The position numbers and the translations under genes are program-made. The notes beneath the pieces are model-generated. The model was not told the origin of the DNA. It worked only from the letters and a program-made list of their open reading frames with translations, and ran no database searches. A stretch of DNA of 64,000 bases from Candidatus Daviesbacteria bacterium RIFCSPLOWO2_01_FULL_39_23 (GTDB taxonomy: Bacteria; Patescibacteriota; Microgenomatia; Daviesbacterales; UBA10151), in NCBI GenBank assembly GCA_001776935.1, contig MFDN01000001.1, forward strand, positions 101,449-165,448. Reading direction: 5' to 3'. Below, piece by piece: positions 10,510 to 21,032 of the stretch. Position 1 is the stretch's first letter; every line of letters starts with the position of its first letter.

Positions 10510-12255
10510 ATGAAGATGAAAAGATTATTTAAGAATGTGCAATCAATGGTGGATAAGAGAGGATTAATATTATCGCTTATTTTATTAGTGTCGTCATTTT
10601 TGAGAGTTTGGAGTCTTGATTTGGTTCCGGTATCATTATTTGGGGACGAGATTGATGTAGGCTATCATGCTTATTCAATTTTAAAAACAGGTAAAGATTA
10701 TTCGGGTAATTTTTTACCCATTCATTTTGAGTCATTAGCAGAGCACAGAACAGCTTTTTTCCCTTATTCTGCAGTACCAACTGTTGCATTATTTGGAATT
10801 TCGGCTTGGGGCGTAAGGCTTCCGGTTGCTATTTTTGGAGTACTGGGTATTTTGGCTTTTTATTTGTTGGTTAAAGAAATAACGAAAAATGAAAAATTAG
10901 GATTATTGGGAGCAGTTTTGCTTGGCATTTCCCCATGGCATATTCATTTTTCCCGGGTCGGTTTTGACGGACCGCAAATGCTTTTCCTATTCACAATAGG
11001 AATTTATTTTTTGCTAACCTCTTTGAGGGGTAAAAATACCCTATGGTTATCCGCAATCTTTCTTGCACTTACTCCGTGGGCTTATAACACGGCTAAATTA
11101 TTTCTTCCTTTAACGATTTTGGCAATTTTGATTATTTGGCGCAATGAACTGATGAAGATACCCCGAAGCCGATTGTTGACTGCCATAATAGTATTTACCA
11201 TAATTTCTCTACCATTTGCGCTTAGCACCCTTTTTGGCGGAGGTTCAGAGAGATTTCAGGGAATATCGATATTCAATGATCCAACCGTTGTACCTCAGAT
11301 GGGCTTTGACAGACAAAATGACTTAAAGGTAAGGGGTAGTAGTAGTTTCTTGCCTTCTATTGCTGATAAGCTATTTCATAATAAACTTACTGCATACTCA
11401 AAAATTTTTACCGATAATTATTTTCAATCTTTTTCTACCCAATTCTTTTTTATAAAAGGGGATGCTCTTAATCCCAGGCAATCTTCCGGTTTTGAGTTTT
11501 TTAAAATCCAATCTATCTTTATGATTGTGGGATTAGTTTTTTTAATAATTTCTCAATTAGATAAGAAGGTCAAAGTCTTTATAATCTTCTGGGTTCTGGC
11601 AGCGCCGATACCTTCTGCTTTGACACAAGGAGGAGGGGATCACGCTACAAGGTTAATTTTAATGCTGCCTGTCTTGGTTATTTTTATTACGTTTGGAATC
11701 TATTACATATATTTCAAAGTTAACAGAAAATTTAAAATCTTTTATATTCTTATTGTTTTAATAAGTTTACTATTAAGTTTTATTTTTTATCAGCATGATT
11801 ATTGGGTGCATTACCCTTGGAAGTCTGAAAGATGGTGGCATGCCGGATATAAAGAGGCAGTAACTTCAGCAGTAAGGAAAGGAGCCGATTACGAGCGGGT
11901 TATTATCAGTTCTGCGGATGAGCCATCGCTAATATTTTTCTTAGGTTGGTCTATGTATCCACCTGAGATTTTTCAATATGAATATAGTTCATATTTATCC
12001 AAAAACAAGAATGCTAATTCAACCTTAAATTTGGGCAAATATATATTCCCTCCCATAGGACAAGGGATAAATCTTTATGAAATGGGTTCAAAATTACCTG
12101 AAAATACTCTTTATCTGGCAACTGCAAAAGAGATTAATTTAAATCTAATTAAAGAACCGGGTAGGGTCCCGTCGGATATACTTTTGATTGATGCAATTTC
12201 ATATCCCTCAGGAGAACCTGCTTTTTACTTATTTGCCAAAAATGAGAAAAATTAA
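10510..12255 (+). CDS. PMT/ArnT-superfamily GT-C glycosyltransferase (PMT_2/GT39-like), paralog a
   Basis: 581 aa. It has the loop-1 motif LFGDEIDVGYHAYSILKTGKDYSG (a DE motif), SPWHIHFSRVGFDG, and a C-terminal soluble domain with W.HAGYKEAV. Confidence 0.65.
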   Translation: MKMKRLFKNVQSMVDKRGLILSLILLVSSFLRVWSLDLVPVSLFGDEIDVGYHAYSILKTGKDYSGNFLPIHFESLAEHRTAFFPYSAVPTVALFGISAWGVRLPVAIFGVLGILAFYLLVKEITKNEKLGLLGAVLLGISPWHIHFSRVGFDGPQMLFLFTIGIYFLLTSLRGKNTLWLSAIFLALTPWAYNTAKLFLPLTILAILIIWRNELMKIPRSRLLTAIIVFTIISLPFALSTLFGGGSERFQGISIFNDPTVVPQMGFDRQNDLKVRGSSSFLPSIADKLFHNKLTAYSKIFTDNYFQSFSTQFFFIKGDALNPRQSSGFEFFKIQSIFMIVGLVFLIISQLDKKVKVFIIFWVLAAPIPSALTQGGGDHATRLILMLPVLVIFITFGIYYIYFKVNRKFKIFYILIVLISLLLSFIFYQHDYWVHYPWKSERWWHAGYKEAVTSAVRKGADYERVIISSADEPSLIFFLGWSMYPPEIFQYEYSSYLSKNKNANSTLNLGKYIFPPIGQGINLYEMGSKLPENTLYLATAKEINLNLIKEPGRVPSDILLIDAISYPSGEPAFYLFAKNEKN

Positions 12256-13402
12256 ACAGTATTGTTTCATTATTTTTCTTCTTTCTGTTTTTTGGTTACT
12301 TGTAACATATATACAAAATGTCATATTTCCTGTTCGTTTTCTGCCGCATAACTTCTTCATTTTAGAATTATTAGACAAAAGAGTGGAATTGTTGCCTGGG
12401 TTGCTGTTGATGATGGGGGCGGGCAATATAATTCTATTATGGCTTATTAGCAAGCGATTTTTTTCTTCCCCTTACTATTTTCTCCCTTCGATAATTTATG
12501 CTTTATCACCATGGAGCAGCTATTTGATAGCTGCAGGATCTTTCTATATTTACTTATTATTTTTATTACTCATAATATTCTACGGGTTAATTCTGTTGAA
12601 ATCTGGATGCAGGTTTTGGGGAACAATATTAACAGCAGTCGTAACGGCAATAACTTTGTACAGTTCTTTTTTCCTATTTGTTATCCTACCTGTCTCTTTT
12701 ACAGGGATAGTGATTCTTAAGGTAATCTCTTTTAAAGAATTTAAAAACACAATTATCTTACTTATAATTTTAACCTTTCCTTTATTAATTTATATCTCTG
12801 GAAATTATCCGGGCTTAAGAAATATTTTTTTTAGTGAAATTAATGTAATTTCTGACCCCGGCCTTTTGAATGCTGTTAATAAATACCAAGGTGCTGCCAG
12901 AAGTAAGGGCTTAGGCGGCCTGGCTAAAATCTCAGAGAATAAGTACATATTTTTAACGGAATATCTCTTTTTAAAATATGCAAAGTCTTTTGTTCCTGCA
13001 ACCTACTTTACCCCTGCAGAAAAACTTTTAAATTTCTCATTCAGTCCCCCAATATATTTAGGTTTTCTGATACCCTTTTTATACGGTCTTTACAAATTCT
13101 TGAACCCTTCGATTTTAAGGAAGATATTATTGTTATCAACAGTACTTGTTATTCCTTCGGTATTGGCCAAACCCTTGGTTGATTTAAATCGCCTGGTTCT
13201 TTTTGCACCTGTTGTAATTTTTGTTATTTCTTATGGATATGTCAAAATGATTGAGCAAAAAGAGAAGACAAAATTCTTAATTCTATTGTCGATAGTTATC
13301 ATCGTATTTCAGTTGTTTGTTACCTTTTTTGATATTCAAGCAAGAGAAAGAGATAGGTTTGTAAAATACTTCGATCAAAATTATCAAATAGGTAAACAAT
13401 GA
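12242..13402 (+). CDS. Small polytopic membrane protein, a possible partner of the adjacent PMT-like genes
   Basis: Two TM bundles are separated by a soluble loop. The start is taken at the internal ATG (MRKIKQ), giving a 14-nt overlap with the upstream gene. The six-frame ORF track begins at 12188. Confidence 0.5.
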   Translation: MRKIKQYCFIIFLLSVFWLLVTYIQNVIFPVRFLPHNFFILELLDKRVELLPGLLLMMGAGNIILLWLISKRFFSSPYYFLPSIIYALSPWSSYLIAAGSFYIYLLFLLLIIFYGLILLKSGCRFWGTILTAVVTAITLYSSFFLFVILPVSFTGIVILKVISFKEFKNTIILLIILTFPLLIYISGNYPGLRNIFFSEINVISDPGLLNAVNKYQGAARSKGLGGLAKISENKYIFLTEYLFLKYAKSFVPATYFTPAEKLLNFSFSPPIYLGFLIPFLYGLYKFLNPSILRKILLLSTVLVIPSVLAKPLVDLNRLVLFAPVVIFVISYGYVKMIEQKEKTKFLILLSIVIIVFQLFVTFFDIQARERDRFVKYFDQNYQIGKQ

Positions 13403-15036
13403 ACAGATTAAAAATATTTAAAAATAAAATTCTTTTATTGATTGTTCTGTTCACACTTTTGGGTGGATTCTTCAGATTCTATATGAATACCGACAATCCG
13501 CCCAGTCTAAATATTGATGAGATATCTTATGGATATAGTGCTTATTCAATTTTAAAAACAGGTAAAGACGAAAACGGAATTTTTATGCCTTTGGTTTTTA
13601 AATCCATAGGAGATTATAAAAACCCTGTTTTAATTTATTCCCTTGTACCGTCCATTGCTATATTTGGACTGAATGAATTTGGAGTAAGGTTTACAACAGC
13701 TTTAGCAGGTACCTTATCCATTCCGGTTTTTTTTCTTCTTCTTAGGACTTTACTCAATAATACACGTATTGCCTTCATAGGCGGTATTTTGCTTTCAGTT
13801 TCTCCTTGGCATATTTATTATTCGCGCTACGCATCAGAGAGCCTTATAGCAACTTTTCTTTTAATGCTGGGAATTTGGTTTTTTTTGAAGATATTCGGGG
13901 GGGAAAAATGGTGGACGGTAGGTGCATCCCTAGCACTAACGTTATCGTTATACACATATCATTCCCATAGGTTATTCATTCCATTGTTTTTAATTTTTGT
14001 GATTTTTGCAAAAATTAAGCTTTTAAGGTCGGTAAAATCAAGCATGTATATATTTATAATTATGACTTTTCTACTAATCATCCCATTGATTATTCTAGTA
14101 ATAATTGGTCCGGCTAATACCAGAGCTAAAATGGTTTTTCTTTCTTTGGATATCGATTTTACAAGATATGTGATACTTGATCACCTGCACAAGCAGGGTG
14201 AGAATTTTCTCCTTTTATTTTTTTGGGTAAAGAGATATCTGAATTATTTCCAACCGGATTTCCTATTTTTTTCAGGATTGAATATGACATTGCCAGGTTC
14301 AATAGGTCTGGGGGTGTTATTCCTTTTTGAACTACCGTGGTTTGTTTTAGGAATTATCAAATTGATTAAAGATAAGATACCAGCCAAATTGATCATTGTT
14401 GCCTGGACTTTATTTGGACTCTTACCAGCTTCCCTTACAAATAATGAGCAGAGCACGGTTAGGAGTCTTTTGGTTCTGCCGGCTTTATTAACAGTTACGG
14501 CACTTGGTGCAGATTTTTTCATTCATTTGGTTTTCTCCATAAGAAACTTATATTTAAGAATTGGCACAATATTAACTTACTCAATTTTTATTGCAGTTTT
14601 GTTAATTCATGCGTTTTTGGTTTTTGTTGTGCATTTCCCCATACAAAGAGGAGAAGATTTTATGGAAGGCACAAAGCAGACAGTAGAGTATGCGCTTTCT
14701 CAAAAAAAGCAATATAAAGAAATCATTTTTGATCCTTACAGGGGAATAGAAGCTCCCTATATAGTGAGCATTCCTCATATGTACATTCTCTTCTATTCGC
14801 AATACGATCCTGCTATTTATCAACAAGAGCAAAAAACTCGGCCGGATGGTTCTTTTGGTTTTGATAATTTTACCGTTCGGAAAATTGATTGGAGGGTAGA
14901 CAAATCTAAAGAAAACACTTTATTTATAGGTAGCCCTTGGAGTTTACCGGAAAACGAACTAAGAGAGGGAGAAATATTGAAAAAGGTGTATCTTGTAAAC
15001 GGAGGCTTGGCATTTTTAATAGTATCCCCAAAGTGA
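13399..15036 (+). CDS. PMT/ArnT-superfamily GT-C glycosyltransferase, paralog b
   Basis: 545 aa. It contains LNIDEISYGYSAYSILKTGKDENG and SPWHIYYSRYASE. An ATGA overlap links it to the upstream gene. Confidence 0.65.
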   Translation: MNRLKIFKNKILLLIVLFTLLGGFFRFYMNTDNPPSLNIDEISYGYSAYSILKTGKDENGIFMPLVFKSIGDYKNPVLIYSLVPSIAIFGLNEFGVRFTTALAGTLSIPVFFLLLRTLLNNTRIAFIGGILLSVSPWHIYYSRYASESLIATFLLMLGIWFFLKIFGGEKWWTVGASLALTLSLYTYHSHRLFIPLFLIFVIFAKIKLLRSVKSSMYIFIIMTFLLIIPLIILVIIGPANTRAKMVFLSLDIDFTRYVILDHLHKQGENFLLLFFWVKRYLNYFQPDFLFFSGLNMTLPGSIGLGVLFLFELPWFVLGIIKLIKDKIPAKLIIVAWTLFGLLPASLTNNEQSTVRSLLVLPALLTVTALGADFFIHLVFSIRNLYLRIGTILTYSIFIAVLLIHAFLVFVVHFPIQRGEDFMEGTKQTVEYALSQKKQYKEIIFDPYRGIEAPYIVSIPHMYILFYSQYDPAIYQQEQKTRPDGSFGFDNFTVRKIDWRVDKSKENTLFIGSPWSLPENELREGEILKKVYLVNGGLAFLIVSPK

Positions 15037-15052
15037 TAAGATAGGATTATTC

Positions 15053-15952
15053 ATGAGTTTGAAGATATCAGTAGTAATTAATACTTTAAATAACGAAAAG
15101 GATATAAAACGCGCCTTGGAGAGCGTTAAGTGGGCTGATGAAGTAGTAGTATGTGATATGCATTCAGAGGATCAAACATCCGAGATTGTCAGGAAGATGG
15201 GCGTAAAGATGGTATTCCATAAGCGTCTAGAATATGTTGAACCAGCCAGAAATTTTGCTGTATCCAAAGCTTCCGGTGATTGGGTTTTAATAATAGATCC
15301 TGACGAGGAAGTCCAGGCTAGCTTAGCTGAGAAGCTAATGCAAGTTGCCAATAATATGAAACAAATAAGTTACCTAAGGCTGCCCCGAAAAAACATTATT
15401 TTTGGCAAATGGATGAAAGCATCTATGTGGTGGCCGGATTACAATATAAGGTTTTTTAAAAAAGGGGAAGTAGAATGGACAGATAAGATTCACAGGCAAC
15501 CTAAAGCAAGCGATGAAGGATTAGATTTGCCGGCGGATGAAAAATTTGCAATTATTCATTACCATTATGAGTCGGTATCGCAATATTTGGAAAGAATGTT
15601 TAGGTATACAGGTGTTCAGGCAGATGAATTGAAAAAAAGCGGATGTGTGTTTGATCCTAAAGATTTAATTAGAAAACCACTTGGTGAATTTTTGGGAAGA
15701 TTTTTTGCAAATAAGGGCTTTGAGGATGGTTTACATGGTTTATCTTTAAGTTTGCTTCAGGCATTTTCTGAATTTGTGGTGATTTTGCGCCTTTGGGAAT
15801 TGAGCGGATTTAAGTCACAGGAAATAGATTTAAGGCAATTAAAAGAGATAGGCAGGCAATCAGGAGAAGAAATCGACTATTGGTTTAAATATGGTAATCT
15901 TTCAAAAAATACTTTCAAAAGATTTTTCCAAAAGATTGGAAATAAGCTTTAA
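15053..15952 (+). CDS. Glycosyltransferase family 2
   Basis: GT-A N-terminus ISVVINTLNNEKDI...ADEVVVCDMHSEDQT and a DPDEE (DxD-like) motif. Confidence 0.6.
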   Translation: MSLKISVVINTLNNEKDIKRALESVKWADEVVVCDMHSEDQTSEIVRKMGVKMVFHKRLEYVEPARNFAVSKASGDWVLIIDPDEEVQASLAEKLMQVANNMKQISYLRLPRKNIIFGKWMKASMWWPDYNIRFFKKGEVEWTDKIHRQPKASDEGLDLPADEKFAIIHYHYESVSQYLERMFRYTGVQADELKKSGCVFDPKDLIRKPLGEFLGRFFANKGFEDGLHGLSLSLLQAFSEFVVILRLWELSGFKSQEIDLRQLKEIGRQSGEEIDYWFKYGNLSKNTFKRFFQKIGNKL

Positions 15953-15954
15953 AT

Positions 15955-16758
15955 ATGTTAACAGTTATTGTTATTACTAAAAACGAAGAAAGTAGAATTA
16001 AAGCCTGTTTGGAATCAGTGAAATTTGCTGATGAGATTATAGTTTGCGATAACGGATCAGAAGATAATACTATTCGTATTGCAGAAAAATATACAGATAA
16101 AATTTTCCAAACAAGGCTACAAGATTTTGCCGAAATAAGGAATTTTGCTACAGAGAAAGCTTCAGGGGAATGGATGCTCTTTGTAGATGCAGACGAAAGG
16201 GTTACGGAGGCTTTAAGGAGCGAAATAGAAACAATGATAAGCTTCTCAGATTTTTCCGCATATGCGCTATCCCGTAAAAATATTGTATTCGGGCAAGAAG
16301 TAAAATACGGGCCTTTTTGGCCGGATTGGGTTATAAGGGTTTTAAAAAGGACTGATTTTCAGATGTGGGTTGGCAAAGTTCATGAGATGCCTCATTTTAG
16401 TGGGAAATTAGGGTATAGCAAAAATTCCCTTTTGCACCTAACTCATAGAGGAGTAGATCAATTTATGAAAAAAGTACTGGATTGGTCTGCAATCGAAGCT
16501 CGATTGCGGTTGGATGCTAATCATCCCAAAATGACTAAATGGCGGTTCGTTAGGATTTTTATAACAGAGTTGCTTAATCAGGGATTCAAAAGGAGAGGTT
16601 TCTTTGGCGGTACAGTGGGGATAATAGATTCGTTCTTGCAGACTTTTCATTTATATATAACTTATGTCAGATTGTGGGAAATGCAGCAACCAAAGTCTCT
16701 TACCCAAACTTATGATGATTTAGATCAGCAATTAATAGATGATAATTTTAAGTACTGA
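15955..16758 (+). CDS. Glycosyltransferase family 2
   Basis: LTVIVITKNEESRIKACLESVKFADEIIVCDNGSEDNT and a VDADER motif. It is a paralog of the preceding gene. Confidence 0.6.
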   Translation: MLTVIVITKNEESRIKACLESVKFADEIIVCDNGSEDNTIRIAEKYTDKIFQTRLQDFAEIRNFATEKASGEWMLFVDADERVTEALRSEIETMISFSDFSAYALSRKNIVFGQEVKYGPFWPDWVIRVLKRTDFQMWVGKVHEMPHFSGKLGYSKNSLLHLTHRGVDQFMKKVLDWSAIEARLRLDANHPKMTKWRFVRIFITELLNQGFKRRGFFGGTVGIIDSFLQTFHLYITYVRLWEMQQPKSLTQTYDDLDQQLIDDNFKY

Positions 16759-16778
16759 TACTTTAAGGATTAAAAAAC

Positions 16779-17852
16779 GTGAAGATTGCACTTTATTCCC
16801 CATATTTAGATACTTTTGGAGGTGGAGAAAAATATATGATGACTATTTCGGAAATATTTTCCCAAGATAACGAAGTAGAGGTGCTATTGGATCAACACCT
16901 AGTTGAGACGGGGGCAGATTATTTAAAGGGTAAATTATCCAAAAGGTTTAATTTAAATTTGGGAAAAGTCAGATTTATAAGCGCTCCTGTTGGAAAGAAC
17001 TCTTCTTTTATTGCAAGACTGATTTTTCTTAAAAAATATGATGTATTATTTTATTTAACAGATGGAAGTATTTTTTTACCAACTTCAAAAACCAATATCT
17101 TGCATATTCAATCTCCCCTCAAAGGACAACCCTCTACAAGCATCTGGGGAAAAATTAAGCTTAAGGGCTGGAATACAATTATATATAATTCTGAGTTTAC
17201 CAGAAGGAATTCGGAAGGAAACTGGCCACACTCATCCGTGGTTGTTTATCCGCCGGTTGATACGGACAAAATAAAAGCTCTTCCCAAGAAAAATTATATA
17301 TTATCTGTGGGTAGATTTTTCGGATACTTAAAAGATAAAAAGCATGAGTTACTCATTAAGATATTTAGAAATCTGTATAAAGAAGGTAAGATAAAAAATT
17401 GGAGTCTTCACCTGGTAGGTTCTGCCGGCGAAGGAGATAAAAATTATCTTGATGAATTGAAAGCTTTAGCAGAAGATATGCCGGTAAAATTTTATCCGAA
17501 TTTAGGGTATGATGAATTAATAAGACTGTATGGAGAGTCTTCTGTTTATTGGCACGCAATGGGGTTTGAAGAATCGGATCCTACCAAAATGGAACATTTT
17601 GGGATTTCTACAGTAGAGGCTATGGCAGGCGGTTGCGTGCCAATTGTGATCAATAAAGGGGGACAAAGGGAAATAGTGGAGGATGGTAAATGCGGTTTTT
17701 TGTGGAATAACTTGGATGAATTTCAAGAGTTAACAACTAAAATTATCTTAAATAAGACATTAAGAGATGAATTTTCAAAACAAGCTGGTCAGAAAGCTAA
17801 AGTGTATTCAAAAAAAACATTTGAGGAAAAAATATTGAAGCTTTTAAAATGA
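16779..17852 (+). CDS. Glycosyltransferase family 4 (GT-B)
   Basis: C-terminal EHFGISTVEAMAGGCVPIV...GGQREIV, the GT4 E-x7-E region. Confidence 0.6.
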   Translation: MKIALYSPYLDTFGGGEKYMMTISEIFSQDNEVEVLLDQHLVETGADYLKGKLSKRFNLNLGKVRFISAPVGKNSSFIARLIFLKKYDVLFYLTDGSIFLPTSKTNILHIQSPLKGQPSTSIWGKIKLKGWNTIIYNSEFTRRNSEGNWPHSSVVVYPPVDTDKIKALPKKNYILSVGRFFGYLKDKKHELLIKIFRNLYKEGKIKNWSLHLVGSAGEGDKNYLDELKALAEDMPVKFYPNLGYDELIRLYGESSVYWHAMGFEESDPTKMEHFGISTVEAMAGGCVPIVINKGGQREIVEDGKCGFLWNNLDEFQELTTKIILNKTLRDEFSKQAGQKAKVYSKKTFEEKILKLLK

Positions 17853-19318
17853 AAATAATTAAAAATAGGTGGTTTAAGATTCTTATATTTATTTTTATTT
17901 TTGTTTTTACATTTATACTGCGTGCACATAATTATGAGAAAACTCCGGGCGCTCTTCATCTGGATGAAATGTTGTATGCCTGGTCAGGAATTTATTTAAT
18001 TGAAACCGGTGTGCCTGTTTCCTGGTCTACTCTGGACTATCCAAAAAGGGCGGAAGTTTTTAAAGGGATAATAAATTATAAAGGTGGGCAACCGGAGACT
18101 TCTGTAACTTTATATAAGCCTTGGTTGGATGAACCGCCGCTTTTTTCGCTGATAGTGGGATTTTTTGCTCATATTAACGGGGCAGCAAGAACAGATTTTA
18201 TCCCTTCTTCGTATATTCGAATTCCCAGCATTATTTTTGCAAGCCTTGTTTCAATATTTATTTTTTTAATCGCGAGAATGGTTAGCAATTTTTGGGGAGG
18301 AATATTGGCCATGCTTGTGTACGGAACGGTTCCCATAATGGTTATTGCTTCAAGAGTTGCTCTTCCGGAAAATCTTATCGCCTTAATTTTTGTAGTTATT
18401 GCTTATTTGTTGTTAAAGTTTTATCAGCATCCCCGCTTTATCTATATTTTGCCAATCCCCTTATTAATTGGAATTGCGGGTCTTTCAAAGCCTACCGGAT
18501 TTTTCTTGCTATTTTTGCCCATATATTTTGTTTTAAAAAAATTTGCAGAAATAGGCAAATTAAAAACATCTTTTAAATATGTATTGTATTTATTTTTATT
18601 TTGCCTTCCTTTTATAGGGGCATTTATCTTATACGGTATTTATTATGATGCGGATATTTTTTGGCAAATTACATCAATTCAGTCTTTTAGACCTGTCGGG
18701 TTCAAGAGTTTAGGATGGTTTTTTGTTTCTCCTTCATATGGTACATCAATACTTACTGATGGTTGGTATATTTTTTGTCTTCTTTCTGCAGCGTATTTTA
18801 TTTTTTCACCAAAAGAGGGTCTTAAAAGAATGATCAGTTTGTTTTTCATCTATTGGGTGGGGGTTGTGATGTTAACAGGAGGCGAAGGTGATATGTTGGC
18901 TTGGTATCGCTTTCCTGCATTTCCTTTTTTAGCAATTTTGGGGGGATGGGGTTTGCAAATATTAGTCACTAAGGCCAACCTTTTTACCTCATTTTTAGCA
19001 GTTGGTTTATTGTTAGGTAGCAGATCTTTGCTGGTAAATGCCTTCAGGTCAAATATTACTCCAATAGGATACAGGTTATTTTTAGGCTTATTTTTACTAC
19101 CTTCAATATTTAATTCCATTTTCGAAAAGCAATGGTTGTTAAAATTAAGCAAACTATTAACAGTAACAATAATCGGGATAGGAATATATTTTAATGTGGT
19201 CTATATTTATAATACTTTTGAATTGGAATGTGAAAGCAAATCTTGCCCGATTGTTCCTTCGACATTCCTTTCCACCTTGCATTTTCCGTTAATTTGGAGA
19301 TGGATAGTCTTAAAATAA
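17849..19318 (+). CDS. ArnT-like GT-C glycosyltransferase (GT83/GT39 superfamily), family C paralog 1
   Basis: 489 aa polytopic protein with LHLDEMLYAWSGIYLIETGVPVSW (DE loop motif) and WLDEPPLFSL (KPPL-like motif). ATGA overlap. Confidence 0.55.
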   Translation: MKIIKNRWFKILIFIFIFVFTFILRAHNYEKTPGALHLDEMLYAWSGIYLIETGVPVSWSTLDYPKRAEVFKGIINYKGGQPETSVTLYKPWLDEPPLFSLIVGFFAHINGAARTDFIPSSYIRIPSIIFASLVSIFIFLIARMVSNFWGGILAMLVYGTVPIMVIASRVALPENLIALIFVVIAYLLLKFYQHPRFIYILPIPLLIGIAGLSKPTGFFLLFLPIYFVLKKFAEIGKLKTSFKYVLYLFLFCLPFIGAFILYGIYYDADIFWQITSIQSFRPVGFKSLGWFFVSPSYGTSILTDGWYIFCLLSAAYFIFSPKEGLKRMISLFFIYWVGVVMLTGGEGDMLAWYRFPAFPFLAILGGWGLQILVTKANLFTSFLAVGLLLGSRSLLVNAFRSNITPIGYRLFLGLFLLPSIFNSIFEKQWLLKLSKLLTVTIIGIGIYFNVVYIYNTFELECESKSCPIVPSTFLSTLHFPLIWRWIVLK

Positions 19319-19331
19319 TCTTAGAAAATGT

Positions 19332-20984
19332 ATGAACATAAAGATTTTAGTAGGGTTTATTGTTATATTATTCATTGCTTTTGTATTAAGATTTTATAAT
19401 TTTACCTTAGTGCCGCCTTCCCTAAATTGGGATGAGGTGTCCATTGGCTATAATGCCTACTCGATTCTAAAAAGCGGTAAAGATGAATGGAATCAGTTCC
19501 TTCCTCTTCACTTTAAATCCTACGGCGAATATAAATTGCCTGCGCAAGTTTATATTAGTATTCCGGGAATTTATTTGTTTGGATTAAACGAATTTGGCGT
19601 AAGGATCACACCGGTTATATACGGAACAGTGACAGTTTTTATTATGTTTTTCTTGGGGAGGAATTTATTTGGTAACAATTTCGTCGGTTTTATATCAGCT
19701 TTTCTTTTGGCGATTTCTCCTTGGCATATTCAGTTAACCCGTGCGTCTTTTGAATCATCCCTTGCAACACTTTTTGTTACATTGGGTATTTGGTTTTTTG
19801 TCAAAGGTTTTAAGAAGCAGATTTGGTTTGTGTATTCTATGATACCTTTTGCTATTTCTGTTTTTACTTATAACTCTGCTAGAATCTTTGCCCCGGTATT
19901 TTTGATTGCTTTGTTTTTGATATACAGGAAAGATCTGATTAGATTTAAAAAGTTTGTAATACTTGCAATTGTTATATTTGTAATCTTACTTCTTCCTCTT
20001 ACCCCTTATCTTTTAAGCGGAGAAAGGAGTGCAAGATACAAACTTGTTAGCATCACTGATGACCCGGGTTTGGTTTTAAGAATTAATGAGAATCGGGGAA
20101 AGACCAATCTTCCTGAGCCATTACCTAAGGTAGTGCATAATAAAATTACATATACAGGTATTGCTTTTGCAAAGAATTTTCTTGCCCATTTCTCTCCAGA
20201 ATTCTTGTTTATCTCGGGTGCTCCGCATAAGCAGCATCACGCTCAAAGAATAGGACAGTTGTATTATTTTCAGGCAGTGTTTTTGTTGATCGGTTTAATC
20301 GGATTATTTAAATTAAAACAGAAATTCAAAGGATTGCTTTTGTCCTGGGTATTATTGGCTTTTTTACCTGTTTCGGTTACAAATGACAGCATACCTCATG
20401 CCCTCCGTACTTTAATTGCAGCACCCTTTTTCCAATTAATTACTGCTTTTGGGATGCTTATAGTTTCTGTCTGGCTGCGAAATAGATCTATTTTATGGAA
20501 AGGATCGGTAATTTTGGTTGTATTGATAATTTTTGTATTGCAATTTGTAAGTTACATAAATAATTATTATCAGGTATACCCAAAATTGTATTCGCGGGAC
20601 TGGCAGTATGGCTATAAGCAGGTTGTTGAGTATATCAAAAACCACTATTTTGAATATGATCAAATTATTTTTACCAGGCACTACGGCGAGCCGCATATGT
20701 TTACTTTATTTAATTTAAATTATGATCCGGCAAAATATCAAAATGATCCGAATTTAATGAGATTTGAAACTCATGATTGGGTTAGGGTTTTAAGATTTGA
20801 TAAGTTCTATTTTCCTGATTTAGGCGATGAAGGAACTAGATTTGTCGACATAGTTTCAGAAAATCCCAGCAAGAAATTACTATTTATTGGAAGGGCTGTA
20901 GATTTTCCTAAAGAAGTGCCAAGAATCTTTTCGATTGACTTTCTAGACGGAGAAAGAGCATTTGATATCGTTCAAGTAAAATAA
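19332..20984 (+). CDS. PMT/ArnT-superfamily GT-C glycosyltransferase, paralog c
   Basis: LNWDEVSIGYNAYSILKSGKDEWN, SPWHIQLTRASFES, and C-terminal SRDWQYGYKQVVEY. Confidence 0.65.
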   Translation: MNIKILVGFIVILFIAFVLRFYNFTLVPPSLNWDEVSIGYNAYSILKSGKDEWNQFLPLHFKSYGEYKLPAQVYISIPGIYLFGLNEFGVRITPVIYGTVTVFIMFFLGRNLFGNNFVGFISAFLLAISPWHIQLTRASFESSLATLFVTLGIWFFVKGFKKQIWFVYSMIPFAISVFTYNSARIFAPVFLIALFLIYRKDLIRFKKFVILAIVIFVILLLPLTPYLLSGERSARYKLVSITDDPGLVLRINENRGKTNLPEPLPKVVHNKITYTGIAFAKNFLAHFSPEFLFISGAPHKQHHAQRIGQLYYFQAVFLLIGLIGLFKLKQKFKGLLLSWVLLAFLPVSVTNDSIPHALRTLIAAPFFQLITAFGMLIVSVWLRNRSILWKGSVILVVLIIFVLQFVSYINNYYQVYPKLYSRDWQYGYKQVVEYIKNHYFEYDQIIFTRHYGEPHMFTLFNLNYDPAKYQNDPNLMRFETHDWVRVLRFDKFYFPDLGDEGTRFVDIVSENPSKKLLFIGRAVDFPKEVPRIFSIDFLDGERAFDIVQVK

Positions 20985-20997
20985 CAAAAGATCTTAT

Positions 20998-21030
20998 AAC
21001 CGCTCCGTTCTGCCTTTGGCGGGAGCAGGA
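20998..21030. terminator. Candidate bidirectional intrinsic terminator between convergent genes
   Basis: The 48-nt convergent gap contains a GC-rich imperfect inverted repeat, ccgctcc-N16-ggagcagg, in an otherwise AT-rich context. Confidence 0.3.
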
Positions 21031-21032
21031 GT

